From the IMG/VR virus record IMGVR_UViG_3300048606_000011, positions 1-42,720 of that record: a stretch of 42,720 bases of DNA, one strand, 5' to 3'. The position numbers were made by a program, and so were the translations under genes. Of the stretch, positions 7,137 to 16,570 are shown piece after piece; positions within the stretch are counted from its first letter, which is position 1, and each line of letters begins with the position of its first letter. Origin of the DNA: a virus (Duplodnaviria > Caudoviricetes). The notes under the pieces were generated by a model. That model was not told the DNA's origin. It searched no databases and saw nothing but the letters and a program-made list of their open reading frames with translations.

Positions 7137-8867
7137 GTGAATAACGAAACAGTCAAGGCCCTGATGCAAGCCGGGTACTTTTTGTACCCGGTGAGTGTCG
7201 TGATCGACGACAAGGGTAAGAAACGGCCCCAAGTCCCAGGCTCGTGGAAGGATTCAACCCGGGACCCGGACGAATTCCCGACCGGCTACACGGGCGTGAT
7301 CGTCGACTGTGAGAAATCCGGGGTCGTGGTCATCGATTTAGACATGGCGGGAGGCAAGGACGCGATCGCGAACCTGGCCGAGGCCGGGATCCAGCTTCCC
7401 AAGAGCCCGATGAATTCCTGCACTTGGAGCGGCGGCTACCACGGCTTCTTCAGGCAGCCCTGGGGTAAGCCCTTGGATTCATCGCAAGGGGTCCCGGTCA
7501 AGGACGTAGACATCCGGGGCTTGGGTGGGATCATTTTTGGACCCGGGACCGCGGTCCATGACGAAGCCACGGGAGAGGTTCTGGGCACGTACGTGGCCAA
7601 TAACATCGTCCGGGTCCAGGACTTACCCGTATTACCGGCCGAGTTCCACGCTGCGGTCCTGGCCGCATCCGCCCCGAAGGATTACACCAACTCAAGGCTT
7701 GAGCCCTTCACAGGCGAACTCTCGACCTGGCAGTGGACACAGCTTCAGACCTGGTACCACGAGGACCTGGACACGATTGCAGAAGCTGGACCAGGAGATC
7801 GCCATCGGGCGCTCCTTCAGAACGCGGGCAAGGTTTTGGATCGAGGCCTGAAGTTAGGGTTCGAGCAAGACGAGATCGTGGAGGACATCGAACGAGCCTA
7901 TGAGACCTCGGGCGGAACCGAGTGGGCGGACAAGTCCCAGATCATCGAATGGTCTATTGCCAGGCTTCAGGAGAAGCCCATGGGCGTGCCCGTGGAGCCG
8001 ACAAACCCGGAGGGGATGGAGTACGAGGCCAAGGTTCGGGAAGAGCTCCGGAAGATGGAGATCCGGGCCGAGGCTCAGCGCCGGTTCAAGGTCGGGTTCG
8101 AGCCCGTGGACACGGGCAGGGTGCTGGATTTTAACGAACCGGAAGGCAGTCTCTACGGCGAGTCCTGGGTCAAGCGAGTCCTACCCAAGGGCGAGACCGT
8201 GATCCTGTTCGGAGAGCGATACCACGGCAAGTCTGTGTTCGGGCTAGATCTGGGCCTGAGCGTGGCCTCCGGCCACGACTGGCACGGGCATGAAGTCCAG
8301 GCCGGGAACGTGCTTTATCTCGCAGGAGAAGGTACGATCGGACTTCCGGCCAGGCGTCGAGCTTGGGTCGAGCACACGGGTGTGGACAATCCCTCGAGGT
8401 TTTGGATGCGTGACCGGGTTGTCCAGCTCGGGAACGGGTCTTCGGTCAAGGCCTTTCAGGAGTTGATCCTCGAACACGAGATCGATCTGGTCATCGTGGA
8501 CACGCTCAAACGTGCGGCCCGGGGCCTGGACATTGCTGACCCTGGCGTGGCCCAGGACATGGTCGAGGTCCTGGACGATCTGAGGCGTGTTCGGCATGGG
8601 TGTACGGCCTTGGTCTTGCATCATCCGACGAAGTCAAACCCGACTGAGCCCGCCGGGGGCGGGACTCTTCAGGACGCAGTCTCGGTCATTCATCACCTGG
8701 TCAAGGACGCGTTCGGGTCTATGACCCTGACGACTACCAAGATGAAGGACGGGCCCGATGGTGTGGTCGGAGACTTCCACTTGGTCGAAGTCGGGTCTAG
8801 TGTGACCTTGACACAGGCTGGGGCTCGTGATAAGGTTCGAGAAACCCACGAAGGGCAGGAGTTCTAA
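7137..8867 (+). CDS. bifunctional DNA primase-polymerase fused to AAA (RecA-like, AAA_25-type) helicase
   Basis: Prim-Pol motifs VVVIDLD, TWSGGYHGFF, DIRG; Walker A GERYHGKS; VLYLAGEG; Walker B LVIVDT; VLHH. Confidence 0.9.
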   Translation: MNNETVKALMQAGYFLYPVSVVIDDKGKKRPQVPGSWKDSTRDPDEFPTGYTGVIVDCEKSGVVVIDLDMAGGKDAIANLAEAGIQLPKSPMNSCTWSGGYHGFFRQPWGKPLDSSQGVPVKDVDIRGLGGIIFGPGTAVHDEATGEVLGTYVANNIVRVQDLPVLPAEFHAAVLAASAPKDYTNSRLEPFTGELSTWQWTQLQTWYHEDLDTIAEAGPGDRHRALLQNAGKVLDRGLKLGFEQDEIVEDIERAYETSGGTEWADKSQIIEWSIARLQEKPMGVPVEPTNPEGMEYEAKVREELRKMEIRAEAQRRFKVGFEPVDTGRVLDFNEPEGSLYGESWVKRVLPKGETVILFGERYHGKSVFGLDLGLSVASGHDWHGHEVQAGNVLYLAGEGTIGLPARRRAWVEHTGVDNPSRFWMRDRVVQLGNGSSVKAFQELILEHEIDLVIVDTLKRAARGLDIADPGVAQDMVEVLDDLRRVRHGCTALVLHHPTKSNPTEPAGGGTLQDAVSVIHHLVKDAFGSMTLTTTKMKDGPDGVVGDFHLVEVGSSVTLTQAGARDKVRETHEGQEF

Positions 8868-8868
8868 G

Positions 8869-9057
8869 ATGATCGAGAAGCCGGTACCCGCGCTGGACAC
8901 GTACGATTTCTGGCGGGACGTGAACAAGGTCCAGGAAGATCTGACAAATCTTGGGCGAGTCTTCGTCCATGACAACGACGATTTCACGTACGTGGTGACG
9001 GAAGTCGACCGGGACTCGGACGGGGATATGATCGTGGAAGTGAGGCGAGTCCTGTGA
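8869..9057 (+). CDS. hypothetical protein (VDRDSDGD motif)
   Basis: ATG 8869 just after the primase stop; GGAG RBS. Confidence 0.65.
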   Translation: MIEKPVPALDTYDFWRDVNKVQEDLTNLGRVFVHDNDDFTYVVTEVDRDSDGDMIVEVRRVL

Positions 9058-9209
9058 CGGTAGAAGATCTGATTACGCGGTTGGAACAGTACCCATCCCA
9101 GTCCGAGGTCTGGGTCCATACCGCGTGGGACGTGTTCCCGTTGGGTGCGGTAGACCGCGATGGGGACGGGGACGTAGGGGTGGCTGCGGAAAGGAACCAC
9201 ATCCAATGA
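9054..9209 (+). CDS. 51-aa hypothetical protein (VDRDGDGD motif)
   Basis: Hand translation MTVEDLITRLEQYPSQSEVWVHTAWDVFPLGAVDRDGDGDVGVAAERNHIQ; GTGA and ATGA overlaps at both ends. Confidence 0.65.
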   Translation: MTVEDLITRLEQYPSQSEVWVHTAWDVFPLGAVDRDGDGDVGVAAERNHIQ

Positions 9210-9319
9210 AAAAGTTCAAGGATGGGGCTGTGGTTCTGGCCATAATCCTCGGATTCGCGTGGTGCCTGTTCCTGGCGATCAGCGCATCGGTCTTGGTTTG
9301 GAAGGAACTTTTCGGATGA
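9206..9319 (+). CDS. small membrane protein
   Basis: MKKFKDGAVVLAIILGFAWCLFLAISASVLVWKELFG, single hydrophobic segment; ATGA overlaps. Confidence 0.6.
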   Translation: MKKFKDGAVVLAIILGFAWCLFLAISASVLVWKELFG

Positions 9320-9873
9320 GTGAGACTGAACCTGTCTTCGAAACTTGGGCACCCGTGCTTGGGTTCGAAGACGCCTATGAGGTGTCTGATATCGGCAGAG
9401 TTCGAAGCCGGGATAGGGTGGACACAGCAGGCAGAAAGTTACGGGGTTGCCTACTCCGAGCATGCATAGATAGCACAGGATATCGATCAGTGGGACTGTA
9501 TCGGGGCGGGATAGGTGCCACTAAACGCGTGCATGTTCTAGTTGCCGAGGCTTTTCACGGCGGGTTTATACCCGGATTACATTCTTGCCATAACGACGGG
9601 GACAAGTTAAACAACTTGTCCACAAACATACGGTGGGACACCGTTAGCGAAAATGGCAAGGACCGGGTTCGTCATGGCACACATGAGCAAAGCAACAAAA
9701 CCCACTGTCCCCGAGGACACGAACTGATTCCGGAGAATATTCGGGAATCTGACAGAATCAAGGGATACCGAGGGTGCCTATCCTGTAGCCGAGGTCGATC
9801 CGAAGTCCAACGAGGGGTTAGCGCAAACCTACAATCAGCTTCGGACAAGCATTATGCGAGAATTCGTGGCTAG
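9316..9873 (+). CDS. NUMOD4-HNH homing endonuclease
   Basis: WAPVLGFEDAYEVSDIGRVRS (NUMOD4); VHVLVAEAF...CHNDGDKLNN..NIRW (HNH); C-terminal CPRGH...CLSC; visibly more AT-rich than flanks. Confidence 0.9.
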   Translation: MSETEPVFETWAPVLGFEDAYEVSDIGRVRSRDRVDTAGRKLRGCLLRACIDSTGYRSVGLYRGGIGATKRVHVLVAEAFHGGFIPGLHSCHNDGDKLNNLSTNIRWDTVSENGKDRVRHGTHEQSNKTHCPRGHELIPENIRESDRIKGYRGCLSCSRGRSEVQRGVSANLQSASDKHYARIRG

Positions 9874-10336
9874 GCGTAAACGCCCCCTAGTCACTTACCG
9901 GGGTATTTGTAAAGACTGTGGTCCCGGCTCTAGCCCTCGTATGGTGGCTAGGCCGGGGCCCCGGTGCCAGACTCACCGGATCGCACGTAGGAACAAGCTC
10001 AGGTCTTCGGCTCATGACGCGTACGTGCTCGCGACGTACAACATCACCGGAGAAGAGTATTGGGCAATTCACGAAGCACAAGGTGGCAAGTGCTACGTCT
10101 GCCAGAGAGCCACGGGAGCGACCAAGCGTCTGTCCGTGGATCATGACCACGCCTGTTGTCCCGGCTCGACTTCGTGTGGAAACTGTGTTCGCGGGCTCTT
10201 GTGCTCAACCGACAACTCGTGGTATGGTCATATCCGGGACCAAGTTCCGGCGACTCTTCGGGCGACGGAATACCTGACCAATCCCCCGGCCGAGGCCGTG
10301 CTAGCAGAGATGAGGAAAAATGCCGAAGAAATATGA
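9854..10336 (+). CDS. recombination endonuclease VII (Holliday junction resolvase)
   Basis: YNITGEEY...QGGKCYVC...LSVDHDH...CVRGLLC. Confidence 0.9.
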   Translation: MREFVARRKRPLVTYRGICKDCGPGSSPRMVARPGPRCQTHRIARRNKLRSSAHDAYVLATYNITGEEYWAIHEAQGGKCYVCQRATGATKRLSVDHDHACCPGSTSCGNCVRGLLCSTDNSWYGHIRDQVPATLRATEYLTNPPAEAVLAEMRKNAEEI

Positions 10337-10703
10337 TGATGTCGGACTCCGGAAGTGGTCCGTGAGCCAGGCCGTAGAGATTTGCCGGTTCAGTGACGGG
10401 GACGTGATTGAGGTATCGACCCGGATCCATGCATTCCTGATGAAAGACGCGGTCCTCGAAGACCTCGGGGGACCGGTCAAACCCGAGGTCATTCCTCCGA
10501 TTCAGCCTGAGCAGCCGCTGTACGATGAGCCGGGCTACACGTACTGGAAGAGTGTTAATGGCCCGGTCATTCTCCGGACCAAGGACGGGGAAGGCCCCGG
10601 GACCCCGGCTGAATATTGGTCTTCGAACGACATGGACTGGGTGGATACGATCTGGGCCACGTGGGAAATCTTGCACGGACGCAAGGATTGGGATAGGCAA
10701 TGA
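10320..10703 (+). CDS. hypothetical protein
   Basis: GAGG RBS; overlaps neighbours in the operon. Confidence 0.65.
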   Translation: MPKKYDDVGLRKWSVSQAVEICRFSDGDVIEVSTRIHAFLMKDAVLEDLGGPVKPEVIPPIQPEQPLYDEPGYTYWKSVNGPVILRTKDGEGPGTPAEYWSSNDMDWVDTIWATWEILHGRKDWDRQ

Positions 10704-10924
10704 ACTACACGACCGAGATCGTAGCCCGAGTCACGAACCGGCACGGGGAAGTGTCGGAGGTTCTCATCGGTACGGTTGTGTCCGATGCTGTGAGCGAAGA
10801 TACATGGTACGAGCATGCGTACCAGACCGAGGAACTACTTCACGAAGCGGCTCGTACTATGAGGGTGGCCCGCTACGCGGACATGCTCCTGACCGATCCT
10901 CAGCCGGAGGGGAGCCATGACTGA
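10700..10924 (+). CDS. hypothetical protein
   Basis: ATGA overlap. Confidence 0.65.
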   Translation: MNYTTEIVARVTNRHGEVSEVLIGTVVSDAVSEDTWYEHAYQTEELLHEAARTMRVARYADMLLTDPQPEGSHD

Positions 10925-11165
10925 GCATGAAGAGACCGAGATCCCGAACAAGGCTCTCAGGGACAAGCTCAGGGCCTACGCGCTTGAATACGAGATCAAG
11001 TTAGTGTCCGATGGCGAGAACATGGTCTCGGTCCAGCGAGGCGAGATCGGGGCCAAGGCTTTCGTCGCACTTCAGCGGGTCTTGGACGTGCTTGGGCAGA
11101 AGAACATTGTCACGGCTTCGTTCCTCCGGGAATCTATCCTGTTCGAGATCGAAAGGACGCTCTGA
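10917..11165 (+). CDS. hypothetical protein
   Basis: GGAGGGGAG RBS. Confidence 0.7.
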   Translation: MTEHEETEIPNKALRDKLRAYALEYEIKLVSDGENMVSVQRGEIGAKAFVALQRVLDVLGQKNIVTASFLRESILFEIERTL

Positions 11166-11476
11166 TGGGTGACAATCCACCCGAAGGCAAAACCTGGGTT
11201 ACGGTCGAGATGGACCGTGTTGCCTACGATGAAACGCGGGACGTAGACATCTGGGAGCTTGACCACGTCAGGCTTTCTCATGGTGCTCTGCCGGAAGCCA
11301 ATCGGGACAAGGCTGTGCGCCTTCTTCAGGATGCGGCCTCATACTGGGAGAGGGCCGCGTACCAGTTCAGCCCGGCCGGTAACCCCGGCGAGTCCTGGCG
11401 TGAGGCCAGGCACGCGGCTGAGGCCCAGAAACAGGCCACCTTGGCCTTGGTCGACTACCTGAAGGAGGTCCGATGA
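11165..11476 (+). CDS. hypothetical protein
   Basis: TGATG overlap; AAGGA RBS. Confidence 0.7.
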   Translation: MGDNPPEGKTWVTVEMDRVAYDETRDVDIWELDHVRLSHGALPEANRDKAVRLLQDAASYWERAAYQFSPAGNPGESWREARHAAEAQKQATLALVDYLKEVR

Positions 11477-11664
11477 CAACCGAGCCTTTTCCCGTGGACG
11501 CGGTGGAGACCGCGATCAGGTACGCAGATCAGGCAGCTAAGTCCGTGGATGCGGCCGTCTCCGGGCCGGGTCCCAATACGCCAGAAACCAAGAAGGCTCT
11601 GATCGACTTGGGTAAGGCCGTGTATTTTCTCGGGCGGGTTCTGGCTGAGGGAAGGGGCAAGTGA
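11473..11664 (+). CDS. hypothetical protein
   Basis: AAGGAGG RBS; ATGA overlap. Confidence 0.7.
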   Translation: MTTEPFPVDAVETAIRYADQAAKSVDAAVSGPGPNTPETKKALIDLGKAVYFLGRVLAEGRGK

Positions 11665-11816
11665 TGGACCTGACCTTCGACCAAGCCCTGAAGTCCAGCC
11701 TGCGTCTCGTGACACAGGCCCGAGATTGGCCTACGGGTGAAGACCGGGCTGCGCTTCTTTTGGAGGCTCAGGTGTACGCCACCTTGGCCGTAGCGCTCAA
11801 ACCGAAAGGCTTCTGA
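11664..11816 (+). CDS. 50-aa hypothetical protein
   Basis: Hand translation MDLTFDQALKSSLRLVTQARDWPTGEDRAALLLEAQVYATLAVALKPKGF; fills the gap exactly. Confidence 0.6.
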   Translation: MDLTFDQALKSSLRLVTQARDWPTGEDRAALLLEAQVYATLAVALKPKGF

Positions 11817-12560
11817 GTGAAGACCCTTCTGATAGACATCGAAACCTTCCCCCTTTCCGGCTACGCCTGGGGGCTCTGGGACCAGAACATCGGCCTTAAC
11901 CAGATCATCACCCCCCCCGGGGTCCTGTCCTTCGCCGCAGAGTGGTACGAGAAGCCCTACGACCGGGTCTTCTACTCCCGCTGGGGTGACGGCACCAAGA
12001 CCATGGCCGAGGCCGCCTGGGACCTGATGAACGAAGCGGACGCGGTCATCACGTACAACGGGGACCGTTTTGATATCAAGTGGTTCAACACGCTGTGGAT
12101 GGAGTCCAAGGTTTCGGACGAGCGCGGATTCCCGCCCCCGCCTGCTTCTATCGATCTGTTCAAGGTCGTGAAGAGCAAGCTCTATCTGCCCTCGAACAAA
12201 CTCGAATACGTCACCAAGTGGATGGGCATTGCGTCCAAGATCCAGACCGGCGGGTTCGAGCTCTGGAAGGGATGCATGTCCGGGGACGAGAAGTCCTGGG
12301 CCAAGATGGAGCGGTACAACCGGAATGATGTTACGATCATGCGCAAGGTGTACGAGGGCCTCCGGCCCCTGATGAATCAGCACCCGAACGTGAACGTGAT
12401 CAACCAGACCGAGGACCTGTGTCCGGCTTGTACCAGCCCCCGCCGGACCAAGGAAGGTACCCGACCTACCCTGACCCGACGATACCAGCGGTACCGGTGC
12501 ACGGACTGCAAGCGGTTGTATTCTGACTCCAAGCCGCTGAACATCACCTCGACCCGATAG
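11817..12560 (+). CDS. DnaQ/RNase H-like 3'-5' exonuclease with C-terminal Zn ribbon
   Basis: IDIET, TYNGDRFD, YNRNDV (DEDD motifs); CPAC...RYRCTDC. Confidence 0.85.
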   Translation: MKTLLIDIETFPLSGYAWGLWDQNIGLNQIITPPGVLSFAAEWYEKPYDRVFYSRWGDGTKTMAEAAWDLMNEADAVITYNGDRFDIKWFNTLWMESKVSDERGFPPPPASIDLFKVVKSKLYLPSNKLEYVTKWMGIASKIQTGGFELWKGCMSGDEKSWAKMERYNRNDVTIMRKVYEGLRPLMNQHPNVNVINQTEDLCPACTSPRRTKEGTRPTLTRRYQRYRCTDCKRLYSDSKPLNITSTR

Positions 12561-12570
12561 GAGTCTTGAC

Positions 12571-12708
12571 ATGGAAGAGCCAACCCCCACCTGGGCAAAG
12601 GCAGTCGCGTTCGTGCTGGTCCTTCTGGGCATCGCCGGGTCCCTGGCCATGACGGGAGTCTTCATCTGGGCCCTGGTCCAGCTCGTGCACTGGGTGGTGA
12701 CCAAGTGA
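12571..12708 (+). CDS. small membrane protein
   Basis: AGGAG RBS; MEEPTPTWAKAVAFVLVLLGIAGSLAMTGVFIWALVQLVHWVVTK. Confidence 0.65.
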   Translation: MEEPTPTWAKAVAFVLVLLGIAGSLAMTGVFIWALVQLVHWVVTK

Positions 12709-13061
12709 CAGAGTTCAAGGCCGAACTTCTACCTCATCGCGGGAGTGTGGTCTGGCGTGTGACTGAGGATGGAGACCCGGGCCAGTACTGCTGGCAGGGC
12801 CAGGAACAGGCTGAGGCCCTGGCCGCAGAGCTGAACTGGCGTGAGACCCTGCCGATCGGGCTCAGGACCTCGAACCTTCTCATCGGTGCACGTTCGGTCC
12901 GATCCAAGGCATGGACCACACTCTACGCCTTCAGGGCCCAGCCCCGAGAGTTCACAGGGGAAGAGCAAGCGATCCTGAACTCGCTTGAGACTGTGGTTGA
13001 TGCCTTGTCCTGGATCCAGAGGACAGGGCCGAAGCCCGAGTACAAGCCCGAGGCAACATGA
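12705..13061 (+). CDS. hypothetical protein
   Basis: GTGA/ATGA overlaps. Confidence 0.65.
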   Translation: MTEFKAELLPHRGSVVWRVTEDGDPGQYCWQGQEQAEALAAELNWRETLPIGLRTSNLLIGARSVRSKAWTTLYAFRAQPREFTGEEQAILNSLETVVDALSWIQRTGPKPEYKPEAT

Positions 13062-13606
13062 GAGAGGAACTGGCCAACTTCATGACTATTGAATGTGATT
13101 CACTTTGGTGGATCGGGCCAGAGATCCGGTCTGCGGCCGAGGCCACAGCCTCGGACTGGCCTTCGGTTACCACAGCCGATGAGTTGACCGCAGACATGTC
13201 CCTGTGGATTCTGGACTTCGAACAGGCCGAGGAAATCGAGCTCTTGCCGGAGGACCGAAGGTCACGAAGGCTCAAGACCTTGGCCAAGGACCTGGTAGCC
13301 AAGATCGTGGCCGAACACGAGTATTACTCGGGCAATGTGCTATACTCGGTTCCGCAGGTCCGGAGTTTGCTCGAACGTGGGGCCCTGACTCATCGGAACA
13401 AGATCGGGGCTGAGGGCCCGGACCTGGACGAGGGGTCCCGATTCCTGGCCAGTACCCACCCGATGTACGCCCGTACGATCGCCCGGGTCTACCTTGAGAC
13501 CAAGCCCCTGACTGACCCAGGGGTCTTGGCCCGGGCCATCTCAGCCTTAACCGAAGCGATGAACGCGACGAACCGGAATCGTCCGGAGAACAGGACTCAG
13601 AAATGA
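13058..13606 (+). CDS. putative sigma-factor-like/HTH DNA-binding protein
   Basis: YSVPQVRSLL and C-terminal LARAISALTEAMN recall sigma-like proteins of L5-type actinophages (from memory). Confidence 0.5.
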   Translation: MREELANFMTIECDSLWWIGPEIRSAAEATASDWPSVTTADELTADMSLWILDFEQAEEIELLPEDRRSRRLKTLAKDLVAKIVAEHEYYSGNVLYSVPQVRSLLERGALTHRNKIGAEGPDLDEGSRFLASTHPMYARTIARVYLETKPLTDPGVLARAISALTEAMNATNRNRPENRTQK

Positions 13607-13848
13607 CCGAGCCCGTATACCAGACCGAGGATGAACTCCTCGGCCGAATCGAGGAGGAGACCGAGCTCCTGTCCCTGCTCACACTCTCTATCCTGAACCT
13701 CGCTACCGGGAACGCGGACAGTTCCCTGCACGAGATCACGAGCATGGTGTACAACGACGAGCAGACCGAAGTGGTTATGCTCCTGACCCAGGTAGGGTCC
13801 GGCGAGAAGAGCCGGATCACGATCGAAGAACTGAAGGAGTCTGAGTGA
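13603..13848 (+). CDS. hypothetical protein
   Basis: ATGA overlap. Confidence 0.65.
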   Translation: MTEPVYQTEDELLGRIEEETELLSLLTLSILNLATGNADSSLHEITSMVYNDEQTEVVMLLTQVGSGEKSRITIEELKESE

Positions 13849-14087
13849 CCAGTCCTTTCACCCCCGAGCCCGATGTCGCGGTATCCGAGAACAAGGCCGA
13901 GATCTCCATCACGCTCAAGGCGGGAACTGGCTACGACGCGCCTTGGATTGTGGTCAAGGGCCCGATCGATGACGTGGCTGTTAAGTCCGGCCTTGAGCCC
14001 GGGTCCAAGGTCTCGGACTTCATGAAGGTCGTGCCGAAGATGGCCAAGTTCTTCCAGGACAAGGCCGCCGAGGCTAACCCAAAATAG
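13845..14087 (+). CDS. hypothetical protein (TLKAGTGYDAPWIVVKG motif)
   Basis: AAGGAG RBS; motif recalls a conserved actinophage replication-region protein. Confidence 0.7.
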   Translation: MTSPFTPEPDVAVSENKAEISITLKAGTGYDAPWIVVKGPIDDVAVKSGLEPGSKVSDFMKVVPKMAKFFQDKAAEANPK

Positions 14088-14161
14088 CGGGCCCGAGGCA
14101 GGGCCTGACCAGTAAGATGCAACCCGATGGCAAGATCGTAACAACGAAAGAGGCTTAACAC

Positions 14162-14581
14162 ATGGCATCAGCGTGGGACAAGGCTCCGGAAGCCCGAGTT
14201 CAGCGTAAGGTCATTCTCTCGGATGGCGGGACCTTCATCGGAAAGGTGAAGAAGGTCGAGTTTATCACCATCCCCAAGGGCACGTTCAACAATCAGCCCA
14301 CGGACCTGACTGAGGTCCCGATGATTACCTTCGATGATCGACAGGGCAACGAGCGGGAGTTCGAGTACGTTGGGACCGTGGCCCGGAATGCGATCCTGAA
14401 CCTGAAGCCCGAGATCGGTACCTGGGTATTCAATAAGCGGATCGGTCGAGCCACGGGCAAGGGCTACGTGGACGGAACCTACCGTGAGGCTACGCCCGAG
14501 GAAGTGGGCGCGCCCCAGCCTGCGCCCAAGTCAGCCGCGCCGAAGGCAGCGGCCAAGGTCGGGACAGAACCTGATTTCTGA
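14162..14581 (+). CDS. putative ssDNA-binding protein
   Basis: Beta-rich core, Pro/Ala/Lys linker, acidic-aromatic C-terminus (TEPDF); next to DNA polymerase. Confidence 0.45.
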   Translation: MASAWDKAPEARVQRKVILSDGGTFIGKVKKVEFITIPKGTFNNQPTDLTEVPMITFDDRQGNEREFEYVGTVARNAILNLKPEIGTWVFNKRIGRATGKGYVDGTYREATPEEVGAPQPAPKSAAPKAAAKVGTEPDF

Positions 14582-14589
14582 GTAGGTCC

Positions 14590-14618
14590 GGGGACCGGTC
14601 TTCGGGCCGGTCCCCTTT
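14590..14618 (+). terminator. intrinsic terminator
   Basis: GGGGACCGGTC-TTCG-GGCCGGTCCCC followed by TTT. Confidence 0.75.
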
Positions 14619-14641
14619 ACTCGTTTCTGAAAGGAGGTAAA

Positions 14642-16561
14642 ATGGCAGTCAGGTTCTCGGACACGACTTGTATTTTTGATATTGAGGCCCACTCAATCAA
14701 TGAGCGATATGACATGAGTCCGCGTGAGTACTTCCGTCTGGGGCAATGGGCTTACGGTGAAGGCGTGGTTCACACGACCACGGACTACGATGAGTTCATG
14801 ACCGTGATCCGGGGCGCAAAGAGGCTGGTCGGACAAAATATCCATGGCTACGACCTGAGCGTTCTCTTCGGTGTGGACTCGATCGAGCCCGTGCACATGG
14901 CTCGGGACATGAAGGTCCTGGATACCCTTATCTTCGCTACCCACACGATGCCCGCGCCCCTGTCGGGCTGGTATGAGACTAAAGACGGTGCCATGCGTCG
15001 CTGCAAAACCCCGAAAGAGGCCCGATCCTGGTTCAGTCTCGCGAATCTGGCCTTTCAACTTCAGGTCGAGGGCAAACTCTCGGACCTGAAAGAGCTTGAC
15101 AAGAAGTACTCGCATCGGGACGAGATCGTGGGCTACTTCAAGTCGGGTCCGAGGAAGGGCCAGCCGAAGATCAAGCGAGTTCCGATCGAGGGGCTGTGCT
15201 GCGGCTTCGGCAACATCCCGACCGATGACCCGGACTTCATCGCCTACGCGGAACAGGACGTGGTCGCAGTCAGGAACGTGGCTCGGGCTCTACTCGAACG
15301 CTCACCCCTGGACGCGTACGCGTGGCGTGAACAGATGAAGGCTGCAATCGATGCCCAGATCACCCGGAACGGGTGGAGGACAGACAAGGCTCTGGCCAAG
15401 GCCCGAGTCCGTGAGCAACACGAGACCGCAGCCTGGATCCTGAACGATCTTCACGACCAGTTCGGGTTCCCGATCACGGGGAAGAAGCCCACGGCCTCAG
15501 ACGCGGGCAAGGCCGCGCTTCTAGCTGCCTTCGAACAGGTCGGGATCAAGGAATCTGACCTTGAGCGAACCGAGGGTGGAGGCCCTAGCTTCGGCGGAGA
15601 CAGCGTCAAGAAGGCGGCCGGGTACAAGGATGTGGACGGACGCCTGATCGAGCCTGAGGAACGGACTGAGGCCGTAGAATTAGCCGAGGCTGTGGGCATC
15701 CTCGCCGGACAGCGGAGCTTGGCCGACCTGACTCTGGCTTCGACTCATTCTGATGGCAAGGTCCATCCCTCGATCCAGCCCCTTCAGGCCTCCGGCCGGA
15801 AGAGTACGACCGAGCCGGGGCTGACCGTGTTCGATGATAACCACAAGGACTACTATCTGCCCGATGATGATACCCACGTCATTGTCGGGTTCGACTTCTC
15901 GAACGCGGACGCACGCGCGGTTGCGGCCATGTCCGGGGACCGGAACTTTGCCAAGAGGTTCGAGCCGGGCCAGGACGGGCACCTGATCAACGCGATCGCT
16001 GGTTGGGGTGAGGCTAAGGTCTTGGCTTCGGCTGAGGTCACGGCCTACTTCCGGCAGCGGGCCAAGGCCCCCGGCCATGGCTGGTCCTACCGCATGGGCG
16101 CGAAGAAAGGCGCGGCTCAGACCGGGATTCCGGAACCTGAAATGAAGCTCTTCCTCGGGAACATGAGCGCGTCCTTCCCGGCCGTGGTCAAGTGGCAGGA
16201 CGCCATGTCGGAGTTTGGTCGGAAGCACGGCTATGTCATGAATGACTGGGGCCGGGTCATGCCCGTGGACCCGAAGAACGCCTACACGCAGCCCCCGGCA
16301 CTCATGGGCCAGTCCGTGACCAATGAGCTCTTAGGCGATGGCCTGATCAAGCTCCCGGATCGGATCTTGAGAATGATCAAGGTTACGATCCACGATGCCG
16401 TGTACTTGTCCATGCCCAAGGCCACCCTTGCGCGGGATATCGAGTTCGTGGTACGTTGCTTCAGCACCAGATGGAAGCCCCGTTCCGGGGGCCAAGAGAT
16501 CGAGTTTCCGGTCACGCCTGGACCCCCGGGTAAGACCTGGAAAGACGCAGCAGCACACTGA
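14642..16561 (+). CDS. family A DNA polymerase (3'-5' exonuclease + polymerase)
   Basis: ExoI FDIE, ExoII QNIHGYD, ExoIII YAEQDV; motif A DFSNADAR, motif B RQRAKAPGHGWSY, motif C IHDA; AAGGAGG RBS. Confidence 0.92.
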   Translation: MAVRFSDTTCIFDIEAHSINERYDMSPREYFRLGQWAYGEGVVHTTTDYDEFMTVIRGAKRLVGQNIHGYDLSVLFGVDSIEPVHMARDMKVLDTLIFATHTMPAPLSGWYETKDGAMRRCKTPKEARSWFSLANLAFQLQVEGKLSDLKELDKKYSHRDEIVGYFKSGPRKGQPKIKRVPIEGLCCGFGNIPTDDPDFIAYAEQDVVAVRNVARALLERSPLDAYAWREQMKAAIDAQITRNGWRTDKALAKARVREQHETAAWILNDLHDQFGFPITGKKPTASDAGKAALLAAFEQVGIKESDLERTEGGGPSFGGDSVKKAAGYKDVDGRLIEPEERTEAVELAEAVGILAGQRSLADLTLASTHSDGKVHPSIQPLQASGRKSTTEPGLTVFDDNHKDYYLPDDDTHVIVGFDFSNADARAVAAMSGDRNFAKRFEPGQDGHLINAIAGWGEAKVLASAEVTAYFRQRAKAPGHGWSYRMGAKKGAAQTGIPEPEMKLFLGNMSASFPAVVKWQDAMSEFGRKHGYVMNDWGRVMPVDPKNAYTQPPALMGQSVTNELLGDGLIKLPDRILRMIKVTIHDAVYLSMPKATLARDIEFVVRCFSTRWKPRSGGQEIEFPVTPGPPGKTWKDAAAH

Positions 16562-16570
16562 GAGGAAGAC

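Noticed and set aside
11529-14168. Long - strand ORFs 11529..12704 and 13272..14168
   Set aside because: Antisense to a coherent, overlapping + strand operon with recognisable motifs.
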